Program-made: the position numbers and the translations under genes | Shown: positions 38,632-47,856 of the stretch, piece after piece | Position numbering within the stretch: the stretch's first letter is position 1 | Layout: each line of letters starts with the position of its first letter | Assembly: GCA_023268715.1 (NCBI GenBank) | Contig: JALRLV010000001.1 | Location: forward strand, 6,383-70,382 | Source: Candidatus Thalassarchaeaceae archaeon | GTDB lineage: Archaea; Thermoplasmatota; Poseidoniia; Poseidoniales; Thalassarchaeaceae | Reading direction: 5' to 3' | DNA length: 64,000 nucleotides | The notes under the pieces: generated by a model | The model's database searches: none | Told to the model about the DNA's origin: nothing | The model's input: only the letters and a program-made list of their open reading frames with translations

Positions 38632-39411
38632 ATGCGAGTAGTGACTTGGAATGTTAATGGGATTCGTGCGGCTATTCGAAAAGGCATGGATGATTGGATG
38701 GCTAAAATCGATGCAGATGTTTGGCTATTGCAAGAGGTAAGGGCATTACCTGAACAATTACCTAAGGATTGGGAATTACCTTCTGGACATGAAGTCTTTT
38801 GGCATCCTGCAGAAAAAAAAGGCTACTCGGGAGTAGCATCGTTCTCGCGTGTTGGGATGGAAGTAATTTCAAGAGGAATCGATACTGAATTAGATCCTGA
38901 TGACTTGGAAGGAAGAGTTCTAACCACCAAATCTGGAGGGTTGACTTGCATCAATATCTACCTGCCAAATGGAGGCTCAGGTCCAGCAAGGCAGGCCTAC
39001 AAAGACCAGTGGCTGGAAGATCTATTGGTTTGGGCTAAACAGTATCTGAATTCTTCAAAGCCGGTTGTTTTGGTCGGAGATTTGAATATCGCGCATACAG
39101 AAAATGACATTTGGAATCCAAGTGGAAATCGGATGACATCAGGATTCCTTGACCATGAGAGAGAATGGTTCAGCCGCTTCCTTGATACTGGCTGGCATGA
39201 TTTGCATAGAATTCACTTCGGGGACAGAAAAGGACCCTACACTTGGTGGTCGAATAGAGGTCAAGCAAGGGCTCTAGACAGGGGTTGGCGAATCGATTAT
39301 GTTCTGGCTAACGATGCTGCCTTTTCAGCCTTTGAATCTGCAGAGGTAAGTCGTCAGGCGGGTTTAGATTGTTCTGATCATGCACCTCTGATCATTGACT
39401 TTAATTTCTAA
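38632..39411 (+). CDS. xth: Exodeoxyribonuclease III / AP endonuclease
   Basis: TWNVNGIRA, LQEV, KGYSGVA, YLPNG, GDLNIAH, YTWWS, WRIDY, SDHAP. Confidence 0.96.
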   Translation: MRVVTWNVNGIRAAIRKGMDDWMAKIDADVWLLQEVRALPEQLPKDWELPSGHEVFWHPAEKKGYSGVASFSRVGMEVISRGIDTELDPDDLEGRVLTTKSGGLTCINIYLPNGGSGPARQAYKDQWLEDLLVWAKQYLNSSKPVVLVGDLNIAHTENDIWNPSGNRMTSGFLDHEREWFSRFLDTGWHDLHRIHFGDRKGPYTWWSNRGQARALDRGWRIDYVLANDAAFSAFESAEVSRQAGLDCSDHAPLIIDFNF

Positions 39412-39424
39412 AAATGGGATTAGT

Positions 39425-40717
39425 ATGCAAACTTCATCAAGTTCTAACTCTCAAAATTCCAAGAAAGCAATTCGTCGTCACGACATTGATTGGCTAAGGG
39501 TTATTCTATTCGGCTTGTTGATACCATTTCATGTGGCGATTGGAGTTTACTGGTCGACTTATGGAACAGAAATGAATCCTAATTTTGAAGAAATATCAGG
39601 TGAAGATAGAGGGGAATTCGCTGAAAATAATAACGACTACACCGCAGAATCGGTCACTTTTACCAGCATGATTTTGCATTGGATGCACCAATGGAGACTT
39701 GCGGCTTTGTTTATGATTTCAGGAATGGGAACAGCCTTCGCTTTCAAAAGAAGATCTTGGAAGGTATTCCTTACAGAAAGATGCAAGCGCTTGCTAATTC
39801 CAATGTTCTTTGGTTCTTGGACAATGGGCTTTGCGGGTTCAGTTATTTTGGGTGAACAAGAAATGACTCTTGCTGGTTTAACAGGAGGGTTTCTATCTGG
39901 AATAATTTGGAGAAGTTTGTTTTTCTGGGTGCCTATTTTTGGTAAATTACTAGCTCTTGGACATCTTTGGTTCCTCTGGAATTTATTCCAATATTCTGTA
40001 ATTCTTATCCCGGTTTTCCATTTGGTTAGGAATAATCCTGAGGGGCAATTGATTAGATTTCTCCGAGCACCATTTAGAATTCCAATGGGAATTGGTATTT
40101 TCATTCTCCTGCCGCTAATTCTAGCATTGACTGAGATTATTTTCAAGCCTTGGTATCCAGGTTTTATCGGAGTTGGTTACGAGTGGTTTTGGTTCTTCGT
40201 TTTCTTTGCATTTGGATATGTTTGCATAACTGCCAAAGATGAGTATTACGAATTTGTTGAGAATCGCAGAATGCAAATTTCGATTCTAACTCTGTTTTGG
40301 ACAATCGCCTTTGTATGGCTTAGATTTGAGCAGCATAATTCCGGTATTCCCTATGTTGATGGAGGTTGGCTTGAAAACAATATTTTCCATAATGGAATGA
40401 CACTCTTAGCCTGTTTAATTCACAGTTTTCATGCATGGTTTTGGTGTCTAACTATCTTTTCTTGGGCGGCTCATTTATTGGACAAGCCTAGCGAAAATCT
40501 CGCATACCTAAATCAGGGTGTGTATCCGTTCTACATTGTACATATGCCACTCACGTTTGCTGGTCTTAGGATTTCAACAGAACTTGGATTGAAAAATTAC
40601 CCTGCGGTAATTATTGCCACTGCATTTGTAATTCTGACTTGTTGGGCATTTTTCGAAGCTGTCAGACGTACAAATGTCAGTAGATTTCTCTTCGGAATTA
40701 AACCCGCAAACCAATAG
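39425..40717 (+). CDS. Acyltransferase family 3 membrane protein (MdoC/OpgC-like)
   Basis: RRHDIDWLR...FH, LFMISG, RCKRLLIP, HLWFL, YPFYIVH; about 10 TMs. Confidence 0.88.
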   Translation: MQTSSSSNSQNSKKAIRRHDIDWLRVILFGLLIPFHVAIGVYWSTYGTEMNPNFEEISGEDRGEFAENNNDYTAESVTFTSMILHWMHQWRLAALFMISGMGTAFAFKRRSWKVFLTERCKRLLIPMFFGSWTMGFAGSVILGEQEMTLAGLTGGFLSGIIWRSLFFWVPIFGKLLALGHLWFLWNLFQYSVILIPVFHLVRNNPEGQLIRFLRAPFRIPMGIGIFILLPLILALTEIIFKPWYPGFIGVGYEWFWFFVFFAFGYVCITAKDEYYEFVENRRMQISILTLFWTIAFVWLRFEQHNSGIPYVDGGWLENNIFHNGMTLLACLIHSFHAWFWCLTIFSWAAHLLDKPSENLAYLNQGVYPFYIVHMPLTFAGLRISTELGLKNYPAVIIATAFVILTCWAFFEAVRRTNVSRFLFGIKPANQ

Positions 40718-40740
40718 GTTTCAGTTGTTGAATTTCTAAC

Positions 40741-40759
40741 CCGCTCCCTTTGGGAGCGG
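40741..40759 (+). terminator. GC-rich inverted repeat after the acyltransferase gene
   Basis: CCGCTCCC-TTT-GGGAGCGG. Confidence 0.4.
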
Positions 40760-40818
40760 AAATTATTGCAGTTTTACTGAACGCATCCTTTCAAGTGAGG
40801 GAGTGTAGGCGGATTCCC

Positions 40819-41613
40819 ATGGCCGAGACTCTATTCGAGAGGCTGAATCGCTTACTCCCAGGTGGAAAGGGTGTTTGGATTCCTATGGATCACGGTATTT
40901 CCGGTTATCCAGAAAAGGGACTCGAAAGGATGGATGAGGTCGTCGACTCGTGTATCGAAGCGGGTGCCGATGCAATAGTTTTACAGAAAGGATCCTTGAG
41001 TCATCACGTCGAAAGAACGGGATGGAATCGTTTTGTTTGTCATGTGTCAGTTTCTACTAAACATGCAGGTGAACGTGCTGGATACAAGGTACGAGTGGCA
41101 ACAGCAGAAGAATGTCTATTCCGAGGAGCAACAGGATGTTCGGCTCAGATTAATCTTGGTGATGAGTACGAACCGGAAATGATTGTCGAAATGGGCGCTT
41201 TGTCCGGCGAGGCAATAGCCCTAGGGATACCTGTGCTCGGTATGGTATATCCCAGAGGAGCAAATCTAATTATCTCCGATGACGACAAAACAGGAGGAAT
41301 TGCACACGCTGCAAGAGTTGCGTGGGAACTAGGTTGCGATATTGTCAAAGTCCCATGGACCGGAGATGCAGAATCTTTTGCCGAAGTATGCTCGGCAGTC
41401 CCGATTCCAGTTCTAATCGCAGGCGGACCGCGCGGAACATCATTCACAGAATTACTCAGAATTGTCGAGCAGTCAATTTCAGCGGGCGGCGCTGGAGTCT
41501 GTATGGGTAGGCAGGTGTTTGGAGCAGATGATCCAGCCTCTAATATTCGCGCTCTTAAAGCAGTGGTTCACGAAGGATTGAGCGCTGTTGAAGCCGCACA
41601 ACATTTGAGGTGA
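40819..41613 (+). CDS. aroA': 2-amino-3,7-dideoxy-D-threo-hept-6-ulosonate synthase (AroA', DhnA-type aldolase)
   Basis: PMDHG, MVYPRG, ELGCDIVK Schiff-base Lys, IAGGP, MGRQVF; adjacent to AroB'. Confidence 0.88.
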   Translation: MAETLFERLNRLLPGGKGVWIPMDHGISGYPEKGLERMDEVVDSCIEAGADAIVLQKGSLSHHVERTGWNRFVCHVSVSTKHAGERAGYKVRVATAEECLFRGATGCSAQINLGDEYEPEMIVEMGALSGEAIALGIPVLGMVYPRGANLIISDDDKTGGIAHAARVAWELGCDIVKVPWTGDAESFAEVCSAVPIPVLIAGGPRGTSFTELLRIVEQSISAGGAGVCMGRQVFGADDPASNIRALKAVVHEGLSAVEAAQHLR

Positions 41614-41617
41614 TTGT

Positions 41618-42553
41618 TTGCAATTGTGGCTTGAGGGGAAGGGATCCTCTGAACTTGCCGAGAGAGCAGATAGAGTATGGAAAACCTCAGACCATGACGT
41701 AGCGGAAGTTCACCTCGATGATTTCCACGGTCAGGATGAAGCCATCTCACTAGTTGGTATGATTGATTGGATTTTGGTTCGATGTTCGGATTGGACTATG
41801 ATTCCTCTTGAGAACATCGTAGCTGCAGCCGCGGGGAGCGGCACTAGAATCGCGGCTGCAATTTCACAAATCGTAGACCTGAGTGGAGCAGCCTTTGCAT
41901 TGCAACATGGTGTTGATGCATTGCTACTTCCTGCTGAGGAAGAATTGTGGGATGCAGCAGAGGAGATTTCTGGAGAGAAGGCTTCTGTCCAAATGGAAGA
42001 AAGAAAGCCCGTTCCATCACTGGTTATGGCAAATGTAACCAATGTTGAATCAGGGGGTGTAGGTGAACGAATCTGTGTTGATTTGACAGAGAGACTTTCG
42101 GAAGGAGAAGGCATGCTAATTGGTTCTTCTGCAAATGCATTAGCTTTGATTCATGGAGAAACTATTCCCTCTGAATTTGTTCCATCAAGACCATTTCGGG
42201 TTAATGCAGGGGCGGTACACGCCTACTGCTTGATGGCCGATGGCTCATCAAAATATCTCAGTGAATTAACTGCAGGCGACCAAGTTGCAATCGCAAATCA
42301 CTCTAATGAAATTCGTAGTGCTACTATCGGTCGCCTGAAAATCGAGAGGAGGCCATTTCTTTTGGTTCATTTTGAATGGAATAATCAATCGGCACAAGTG
42401 CTTTTACAACAGGCCGAAACTGTACGCTTCATCAATGAAGAAGGAACCATCAGCGTCACCTCAATCCAGAAAGGAGATAATATCGCTGTACGATTTTCCT
42501 CGGGTATGCGCCACATAGGTCGAGAACTAGTAGGAGAGATGAATGAGAGATGA
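41618..42553 (+). CDS. aroB': 3-dehydroquinate synthase II
   Basis: DWTMIPLEN, GERICVD, SRPFRVNAGAVHAY, YLSEL, GRLKIERRP, LQQAETVR, RHIG. Confidence 0.93.
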   Translation: MQLWLEGKGSSELAERADRVWKTSDHDVAEVHLDDFHGQDEAISLVGMIDWILVRCSDWTMIPLENIVAAAAGSGTRIAAAISQIVDLSGAAFALQHGVDALLLPAEEELWDAAEEISGEKASVQMEERKPVPSLVMANVTNVESGGVGERICVDLTERLSEGEGMLIGSSANALALIHGETIPSEFVPSRPFRVNAGAVHAYCLMADGSSKYLSELTAGDQVAIANHSNEIRSATIGRLKIERRPFLLVHFEWNNQSAQVLLQQAETVRFINEEGTISVTSIQKGDNIAVRFSSGMRHIGRELVGEMNER

Positions 42554-43413
42554 AGGTCTACGGTTCGGGTAGGGCTCATGCTGGAATCAGTCTTCTCCAT
42601 GCTCTTGGTTGTGGCAATGGTTGCTCTACTCCAATCGAACTTTGGACCTATGTTGGTTTAGTGGAAGGTCGTTCGATTCCCGAGGGTGATCAACACAATC
42701 TGCTTCAATTGTTGCTCGAAGCTTGGAAAGAACGAGATTTACCGCTTCCTTCAGGTGAACTTGGTTGGCTTGTCAAGTCGGACATACCAACAGGGAGGGG
42801 GCTGAAATCCAGTTCAGCATTATTGATGGCTGCAGTAAACGCACTATCTACAGGAAATTCGGTAATTCTGAGTGATTCTGTGATATTCAATCTAATTTCA
42901 GCGATTCAAACAAAGGCCGGTTGTAGTATCTCAGGAGGTAGAGACGATATCGCATGTACTTATTTTCCTGCTACTTGGATAGTAGATGCAAATGCGGCAG
43001 GAACCGGAATAATTGACCAAATTGAGTTTCCAGAAAAGGAAGTGATAATTGTACTTAGAAAAATGCAGAAGGGCGATGTAGACACACAATCATTTGAGAA
43101 TCTCCGGCCAAGGTTTGAACAAATTGTTTTGAAATTAAGAAATGGCTCTCCTATAGATGCCTTCAGGATGAACGGACAAGCAGTTGCTGAGGCGATGGGA
43201 GATGAAGAGGCATTGAGTATCTGCGAAGATATTGAACTTCGATTTGGTTGCCCTGCTGCGATTTCGGGTTCTGGTCCAGCAATCGCCATTCTCTGCGGGC
43301 CTGAGCAGACAGAACCCGTTAAGCAACATCTCAAATCCGAAGGGTTAGAATTTGTTCACACACGAACTCATCATGGAGTTGAACTTCACTGGGAGAGGGA
43401 AGAATGGGAATGA
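42550..43413 (+). CDS. aroK: Archaeal (GHMP-type) shikimate kinase
   Basis: SDIPTGRGLKSSSA, SISGGRDD, SGSGPA; shikimate-pathway context. Confidence 0.85.
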   Translation: MKVYGSGRAHAGISLLHALGCGNGCSTPIELWTYVGLVEGRSIPEGDQHNLLQLLLEAWKERDLPLPSGELGWLVKSDIPTGRGLKSSSALLMAAVNALSTGNSVILSDSVIFNLISAIQTKAGCSISGGRDDIACTYFPATWIVDANAAGTGIIDQIEFPEKEVIIVLRKMQKGDVDTQSFENLRPRFEQIVLKLRNGSPIDAFRMNGQAVAEAMGDEEALSICEDIELRFGCPAAISGSGPAIAILCGPEQTEPVKQHLKSEGLEFVHTRTHHGVELHWEREEWE

Positions 43414-44507
43414 GGCTAGGAGACTCTGTCCGCGTGACTCTCTTTGGAGAAAGTCACGGAAAATGTGTAGGCGCTCTGGTAGAGGGAATTCCGGCTGGAA
43501 CAGAGATTGATTTACAGGCATTGAACGAAGATATTGCAAGAAGAAAACCTGGAAGAAAAGGTCTCAGTATGCGTTCCGAATCTGACGAATGCGAGATTCT
43601 TTCGGGAGTCCATGAAGGGAAAGCAACAGGTTGGCCCATTCTTCTGCTTACTTGGAATTCCAATGCTAAATCTAAGGATTACAGTTTCCTTCCTGATCAA
43701 CCTCGTCCAGGACATGCTGACCTTCCAGAAATGGTTCGTACAGATGGTGCAGCCGACTTGCGAGGAGGGGGCTCTCAATCGGCTAGATTGACCTACGGAT
43801 TGGTGACTGCAGCCAGCCAATTACGAGGATTGTTGAATCATGCTGGCTGGAGAGTTGACGCCCATTTACACAGTGTTGGTGATTTACAATCTAAACCATT
43901 GTTTCTACTTGATAGAGATATAGACCAGGATGTGGATTCTGCAATGGCCCGATTGAATTGTAGAGACGAAGAGGCTGCTGACTTATTTTCGAAATATATC
44001 GAGGAAGTCAGGATGGATCAAGACTCGGTCGGTTCTAGTGTAGAATGCATTATTGTAGGATTACCAATAGGCGTAGGAGAACCTTGGTTTGATGGTCTAG
44101 AACCTGCTTTAGCACGAGGTATGATGGCTATTCCCGGTGCTCGTGCTGTTGAATTTTCTAGAGGTGTTCAAGCCTCAAAGATGAGAGGTTCTGAACATAA
44201 TGATGCCTGGCATTTCGATGGCATAACTCCTGAGTTAGAAGGTTCAGAATCGGCTCAAGCCGATGGTGCCCTGGGCGGCAGGTCAACCGGTGCCCCAATT
44301 CGAGTTGTTGTGCACTTCAAACCACCAAGCAGCATAGCCCGAGAACAATCTACACTACACCTACCTAGTGGAGAACAACGTCCGCTACAAGTAGGTGGAA
44401 GACATGACCCTGTCTTGGGTCCTCGAGCCGTACCTGTTGTAGAGGCTATTGCTAGATTAGTTGTAGCGGATTTGGGTATAATTGGTGGATTCCTGAATCC
44501 AAAGTAA
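43410..44507 (+). CDS. aroC: Chorismate synthase
   Basis: FGESHG, RRKPG, PRPGHAD, RGGGSQSAR, KPPSSI, GRHDP...RAVPVVEA. Confidence 0.96.
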   Translation: MRLGDSVRVTLFGESHGKCVGALVEGIPAGTEIDLQALNEDIARRKPGRKGLSMRSESDECEILSGVHEGKATGWPILLLTWNSNAKSKDYSFLPDQPRPGHADLPEMVRTDGAADLRGGGSQSARLTYGLVTAASQLRGLLNHAGWRVDAHLHSVGDLQSKPLFLLDRDIDQDVDSAMARLNCRDEEAADLFSKYIEEVRMDQDSVGSSVECIIVGLPIGVGEPWFDGLEPALARGMMAIPGARAVEFSRGVQASKMRGSEHNDAWHFDGITPELEGSESAQADGALGGRSTGAPIRVVVHFKPPSSIAREQSTLHLPSGEQRPLQVGGRHDPVLGPRAVPVVEAIARLVVADLGIIGGFLNPK

Positions 44508-44517
44508 ATCAGAGGAC

Positions 44518-45456
44518 TCACTTGTTTGCTCGTCCTTCTTGCATTTGCTGTAGGCGGAGAGGCAAGTTTACTGCGAATGCGGCGGCAATTACTGTGAAAA
44601 CCATTGCTGTTCCGAGCGCTACACCATAAACGGAAGTTAATTCCACAGATTCTCTCAATCTGTTGGCCTGAACACCATCGAAGATGCCAACCATTGCGGG
44701 AATGATTAGATTGATGAGAAGGGTTAGCAAGGCCACTAATCCTGCCACAATTGGAGTAATTCCAATCGCTCGGTAATATTGTCTGATTATTTTCCCTTCA
44801 CCCATTACGTATACTTCACCAGTTCTAATTGAGGTATCCAACATTGAGAATCGAATGATTCCGTTGGTAAGTTCAAAGTACATTACTAGGAAAACAGCGT
44901 AGGCAATTAGCAATATTTTCTGTAAAATCTCTTGTTCTGGTAGCAGGTTGAATCCGAACTCTACCTTGCTTCCTGCGAATCTTAGGGTTACCAGTAGCAT
45001 TGCTACGTAAGAGACTAACAATGCTCTCTGATCACGCTGGAATATTCCATAAGCTCCTCCGATAGCGCCAATGATCATAATCGAGATGTGAATAATTCCT
45101 CCAATTATTGGAATCCCAATTAAATTTGCAATGGCAAACCAAGCGGTTCCGGATACTGGAGTGAATAGTAGAGTTAGAGCAGTTAGTAGTACTAGACATC
45201 CTGCCGAACTTAATTGTAAATTAGTCACAGTTCGGTTAGCTGGAAGGAATTTCATCGAAGATACAATAGGTCCTCCAAAGAAAGACTCAATCCAAGATGG
45301 TACATGCACTTCCGGAATAGCATCTTGAGGGATATCGGTACTAGACTTTAGTCGACCGGCTGCCTTTTTCCTGCTTGGAGCCGATGATCTAACTGTCTTT
45401 CCATCGTATAGATGGGAAGTATCAGAACTACCTTCTACTTTGACGTCGTCTGCGAT
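44518..45456 (-). CDS. Multi-pass membrane protein of the MoxR/DUF58 operon; probable ATC start
   Basis: About 6 TMs; frame is open 49 codons upstream of the GTG at 45309, up to GGTGA-AATT-ATC. Confidence 0.7.
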   Translation of the reverse strand: MADDVKVEGSSDTSHLYDGKTVRSSAPSRKKAAGRLKSSTDIPQDAIPEVHVPSWIESFFGGPIVSSMKFLPANRTVTNLQLSSAGCLVLLTALTLLFTPVSGTAWFAIANLIGIPIIGGIIHISIMIIGAIGGAYGIFQRDQRALLVSYVAMLLVTLRFAGSKVEFGFNLLPEQEILQKILLIAYAVFLVMYFELTNGIIRFSMLDTSIRTGEVYVMGEGKIIRQYYRAIGITPIVAGLVALLTLLINLIIPAMVGIFDGVQANRLRESVELTSVYGVALGTAMVFTVIAAAFAVNLPLRLQQMQEGRANK

Positions 45457-45467
45457 AATTTCACCCC

Positions 45468-46784
45468 CTAGAATCCTCTTGCTCCGGCTAACGCGGTGAC
45501 TAGCATCATATCTGGTTCCCAGTCCATTACGTTTGCACCCAAGCCTCGTAGCTCACTGATCAGAATATCCCTTTCAGTCTTGAGAACTTCATATCCAGTA
45601 CGATCCAGTCTTCTGGCATCGAACTCGAACTCAAGGCTTGATGGAGAGAGTATGGTAACGTCGAAATTCCTAGCCCTGAAGTCTCTAACTGCATCAATTA
45701 TCGTTGGGTCATCTTCTAATGGACTTAGGATAATAATTGGGCTTCCTCGATTAATGTGAGGTAAAATACGGTTTGTGACTACTCTCAGTGGTGTGTTGCC
45801 CTTTGCCATAGCTCCTGCCAATTTAGTTAGAATCACGTACAATTGTTTCTTACCTGTGTCTCGGTCAACCGATACAATTTCGTCACCATAAGTCACCAAA
45901 CCAACCGAATCTCTTCGAGACAGGAAATACTGCGCTAGGCTTGCGGCAGCCCTTGTACTATAGACCAAGGAATTTCGACTCACTGGGCCAGTTTCAGATA
46001 CAGATCGACTATCGATGATTAGTATAATGTCGCTAACTGCGTCTCGTTCAAACTCGTTTACCATCATTTTTCCAGATCTAGCCCAAGCCTTCCAGTTTAC
46101 CTTCTTCATAGGATCTCCTGGGATATACTCGCGCAAGTTGTAGAAATTCGTACCCTCGCCAGGGTTACGAATGTTGACGGCTCCTGTGAAGATTTTTGGA
46201 ACTCTGCTCTTGATCAATGCGTCTTTGATATCCTCCATCTTGGGGAATACAAGGAAGTCATCATAGAGTTGAATTTCCCTTTCATTGTGGAATAATCCGA
46301 ATGCATCCTGTACTCTTACGCAAACGGGCCCGATAGTATAGAATCCCCGTAGAGGGGCTTCAATCGTGTAGGAAATTTCGGTTTCTTTCCTTCCACCTAA
46401 TTCCATCAGAACATAATTTGCACCTTTCTTTATTCGCATGACTTCAGGGACTCTGTCTCGGACCTCTAGAACCTTGGAGAGAGTAGATCGGTTCTGAATC
46501 CTGAGGACAACATCAATTTCACCGTCCTCGAAAACCCTCGCAGAGGATAGTTTTCGCATTGCGACAATTGATTGGAGAGCCACTCCTGAATCTGCTTCTG
46601 CATCCTCCAAGCGACGTCCACTGGATGCAACATCGGCATGGGTTGTTCGGAATGCAGCATAGGTAAGGAAGGAAAGTAGCACAACTGCGACTGTGACAAG
46701 TTGTTGATTTCTCAACACCAGTCCTAGCAGATACATGGCTACCGCAAGGGCGGCAAACATGGCTGATTTTCTGCTCCATGCCAT
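45468..46784 (-). CDS. DUF58 domain protein (vWA-like)
   Basis: RGFYTIGP...DAFGL, LREYIPGDPMKKVNWKAWAR, VNEFE, IIDSRSVS. Confidence 0.93.
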   Translation of the reverse strand: MAWSRKSAMFAALAVAMYLLGLVLRNQQLVTVAVVLLSFLTYAAFRTTHADVASSGRRLEDAEADSGVALQSIVAMRKLSSARVFEDGEIDVVLRIQNRSTLSKVLEVRDRVPEVMRIKKGANYVLMELGGRKETEISYTIEAPLRGFYTIGPVCVRVQDAFGLFHNEREIQLYDDFLVFPKMEDIKDALIKSRVPKIFTGAVNIRNPGEGTNFYNLREYIPGDPMKKVNWKAWARSGKMMVNEFERDAVSDIILIIDSRSVSETGPVSRNSLVYSTRAAASLAQYFLSRRDSVGLVTYGDEIVSVDRDTGKKQLYVILTKLAGAMAKGNTPLRVVTNRILPHINRGSPIIILSPLEDDPTIIDAVRDFRARNFDVTILSPSSLEFEFDARRLDRTGYEVLKTERDILISELRGLGANVMDWEPDMMLVTALAGARGF

Positions 46785-46822
46785 CGGCTACAAACTCCAT
46801 TTGCTAAATTTGGTTAGGATGC

Positions 46823-47830
46823 TCAAACTGTTGGTACAGGTACTTGACGTAGGATATCTGAGATTACTTCGTCAGTCTCGAGACCCTTAATCTGGTGTTC
46901 TGGCTTGAGGATTAATCGGTGAGCCACCGCGAGGGTTGCAACCGACTTCACATCGTCTGGTGTAACAAAGTCGCGTCCACGCATTGCAGCGGCGGAACGA
47001 CTTGTCTTCAGAAGAGCCTGTGAACCACGTGGCGATGAACCAACGAGAACCCTTGGGTCTTCACGGGTTCGAGATACAATCTCAACCATGTACATTCGAA
47101 CTGCAGGGTCGACGAAGACATCTTCGATTGCAGTCTGCATAGCAACCACACGAGCAGGATCGGTAATTGTCTCTACCTCTACATCGTCCTTCTTTCGAGC
47201 AATACGGCGAGCAAGGATTTCGTCCTCATCCGCGCGGTCTGGGTATCCTACACTCATCTTGAACATAAATCGGTCAAGTTGAGCCTCTGGCAGAGGGTAG
47301 GTTCCTTCCTGTTCCACAGGGTTCTGTGTTGCCATTGTTAGGAACGGAGCTGGAAGTTTGTGAGTTACAGTTCCGATGGTAACCTGCTTTTCTTGCATCG
47401 CTTCCAGAAGTGCCGCTTGGGTCTTTGGAGGTGCACGGTTAATCTCGTCAGACAATAGTAGGTTGCAGAAAATCGGTCCTGGCTTAAACGAGAACTCTCC
47501 TTTCTTTGCATCGTAAATATTCGTTCCAGTGATGTCGGCTGGTAGAAGGTCAGGCGTAAATTGTACACGCTTGAAATCACAGCCGAGTGCATCGGCGAAC
47601 GTATTCGTCATTAGGGTCTTTGCGAGTCCTGGATAATCCTCGAACAGGAGGTTACCATTAGACAGGATGTTGATCAACACGTTGTCGATAACATGGCTCT
47701 TTCCGATGATTACTTTCTGCACTTCGGTGCCAATCGCTTGTCCGATTGCACCGACGGCTTCGAGTTTATCACTCATCTTCTTTGAGCCGCCCTTTGGCTT
47801 TGTTTTTGTCGCAGTTTTTTCTTCAGTCAT
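46823..47830 (-). CDS. MoxR-family AAA+ ATPase
   Basis: PGLAKT, RVQFTPDLLPADITG, DEINRAPPKTQAALLEAMQE, ATQNPVEQEGTYPLPEAQLDRF. Confidence 0.97.
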   Translation of the reverse strand: MTEEKTATKTKPKGGSKKMSDKLEAVGAIGQAIGTEVQKVIIGKSHVIDNVLINILSNGNLLFEDYPGLAKTLMTNTFADALGCDFKRVQFTPDLLPADITGTNIYDAKKGEFSFKPGPIFCNLLLSDEINRAPPKTQAALLEAMQEKQVTIGTVTHKLPAPFLTMATQNPVEQEGTYPLPEAQLDRFMFKMSVGYPDRADEDEILARRIARKKDDVEVETITDPARVVAMQTAIEDVFVDPAVRMYMVEIVSRTREDPRVLVGSSPRGSQALLKTSRSAAAMRGRDFVTPDDVKSVATLAVAHRLILKPEHQIKGLETDEVISDILRQVPVPTV

Positions 47831-47856
47831 TTTTCTCTCTCCATTTTCTGTTTGTT

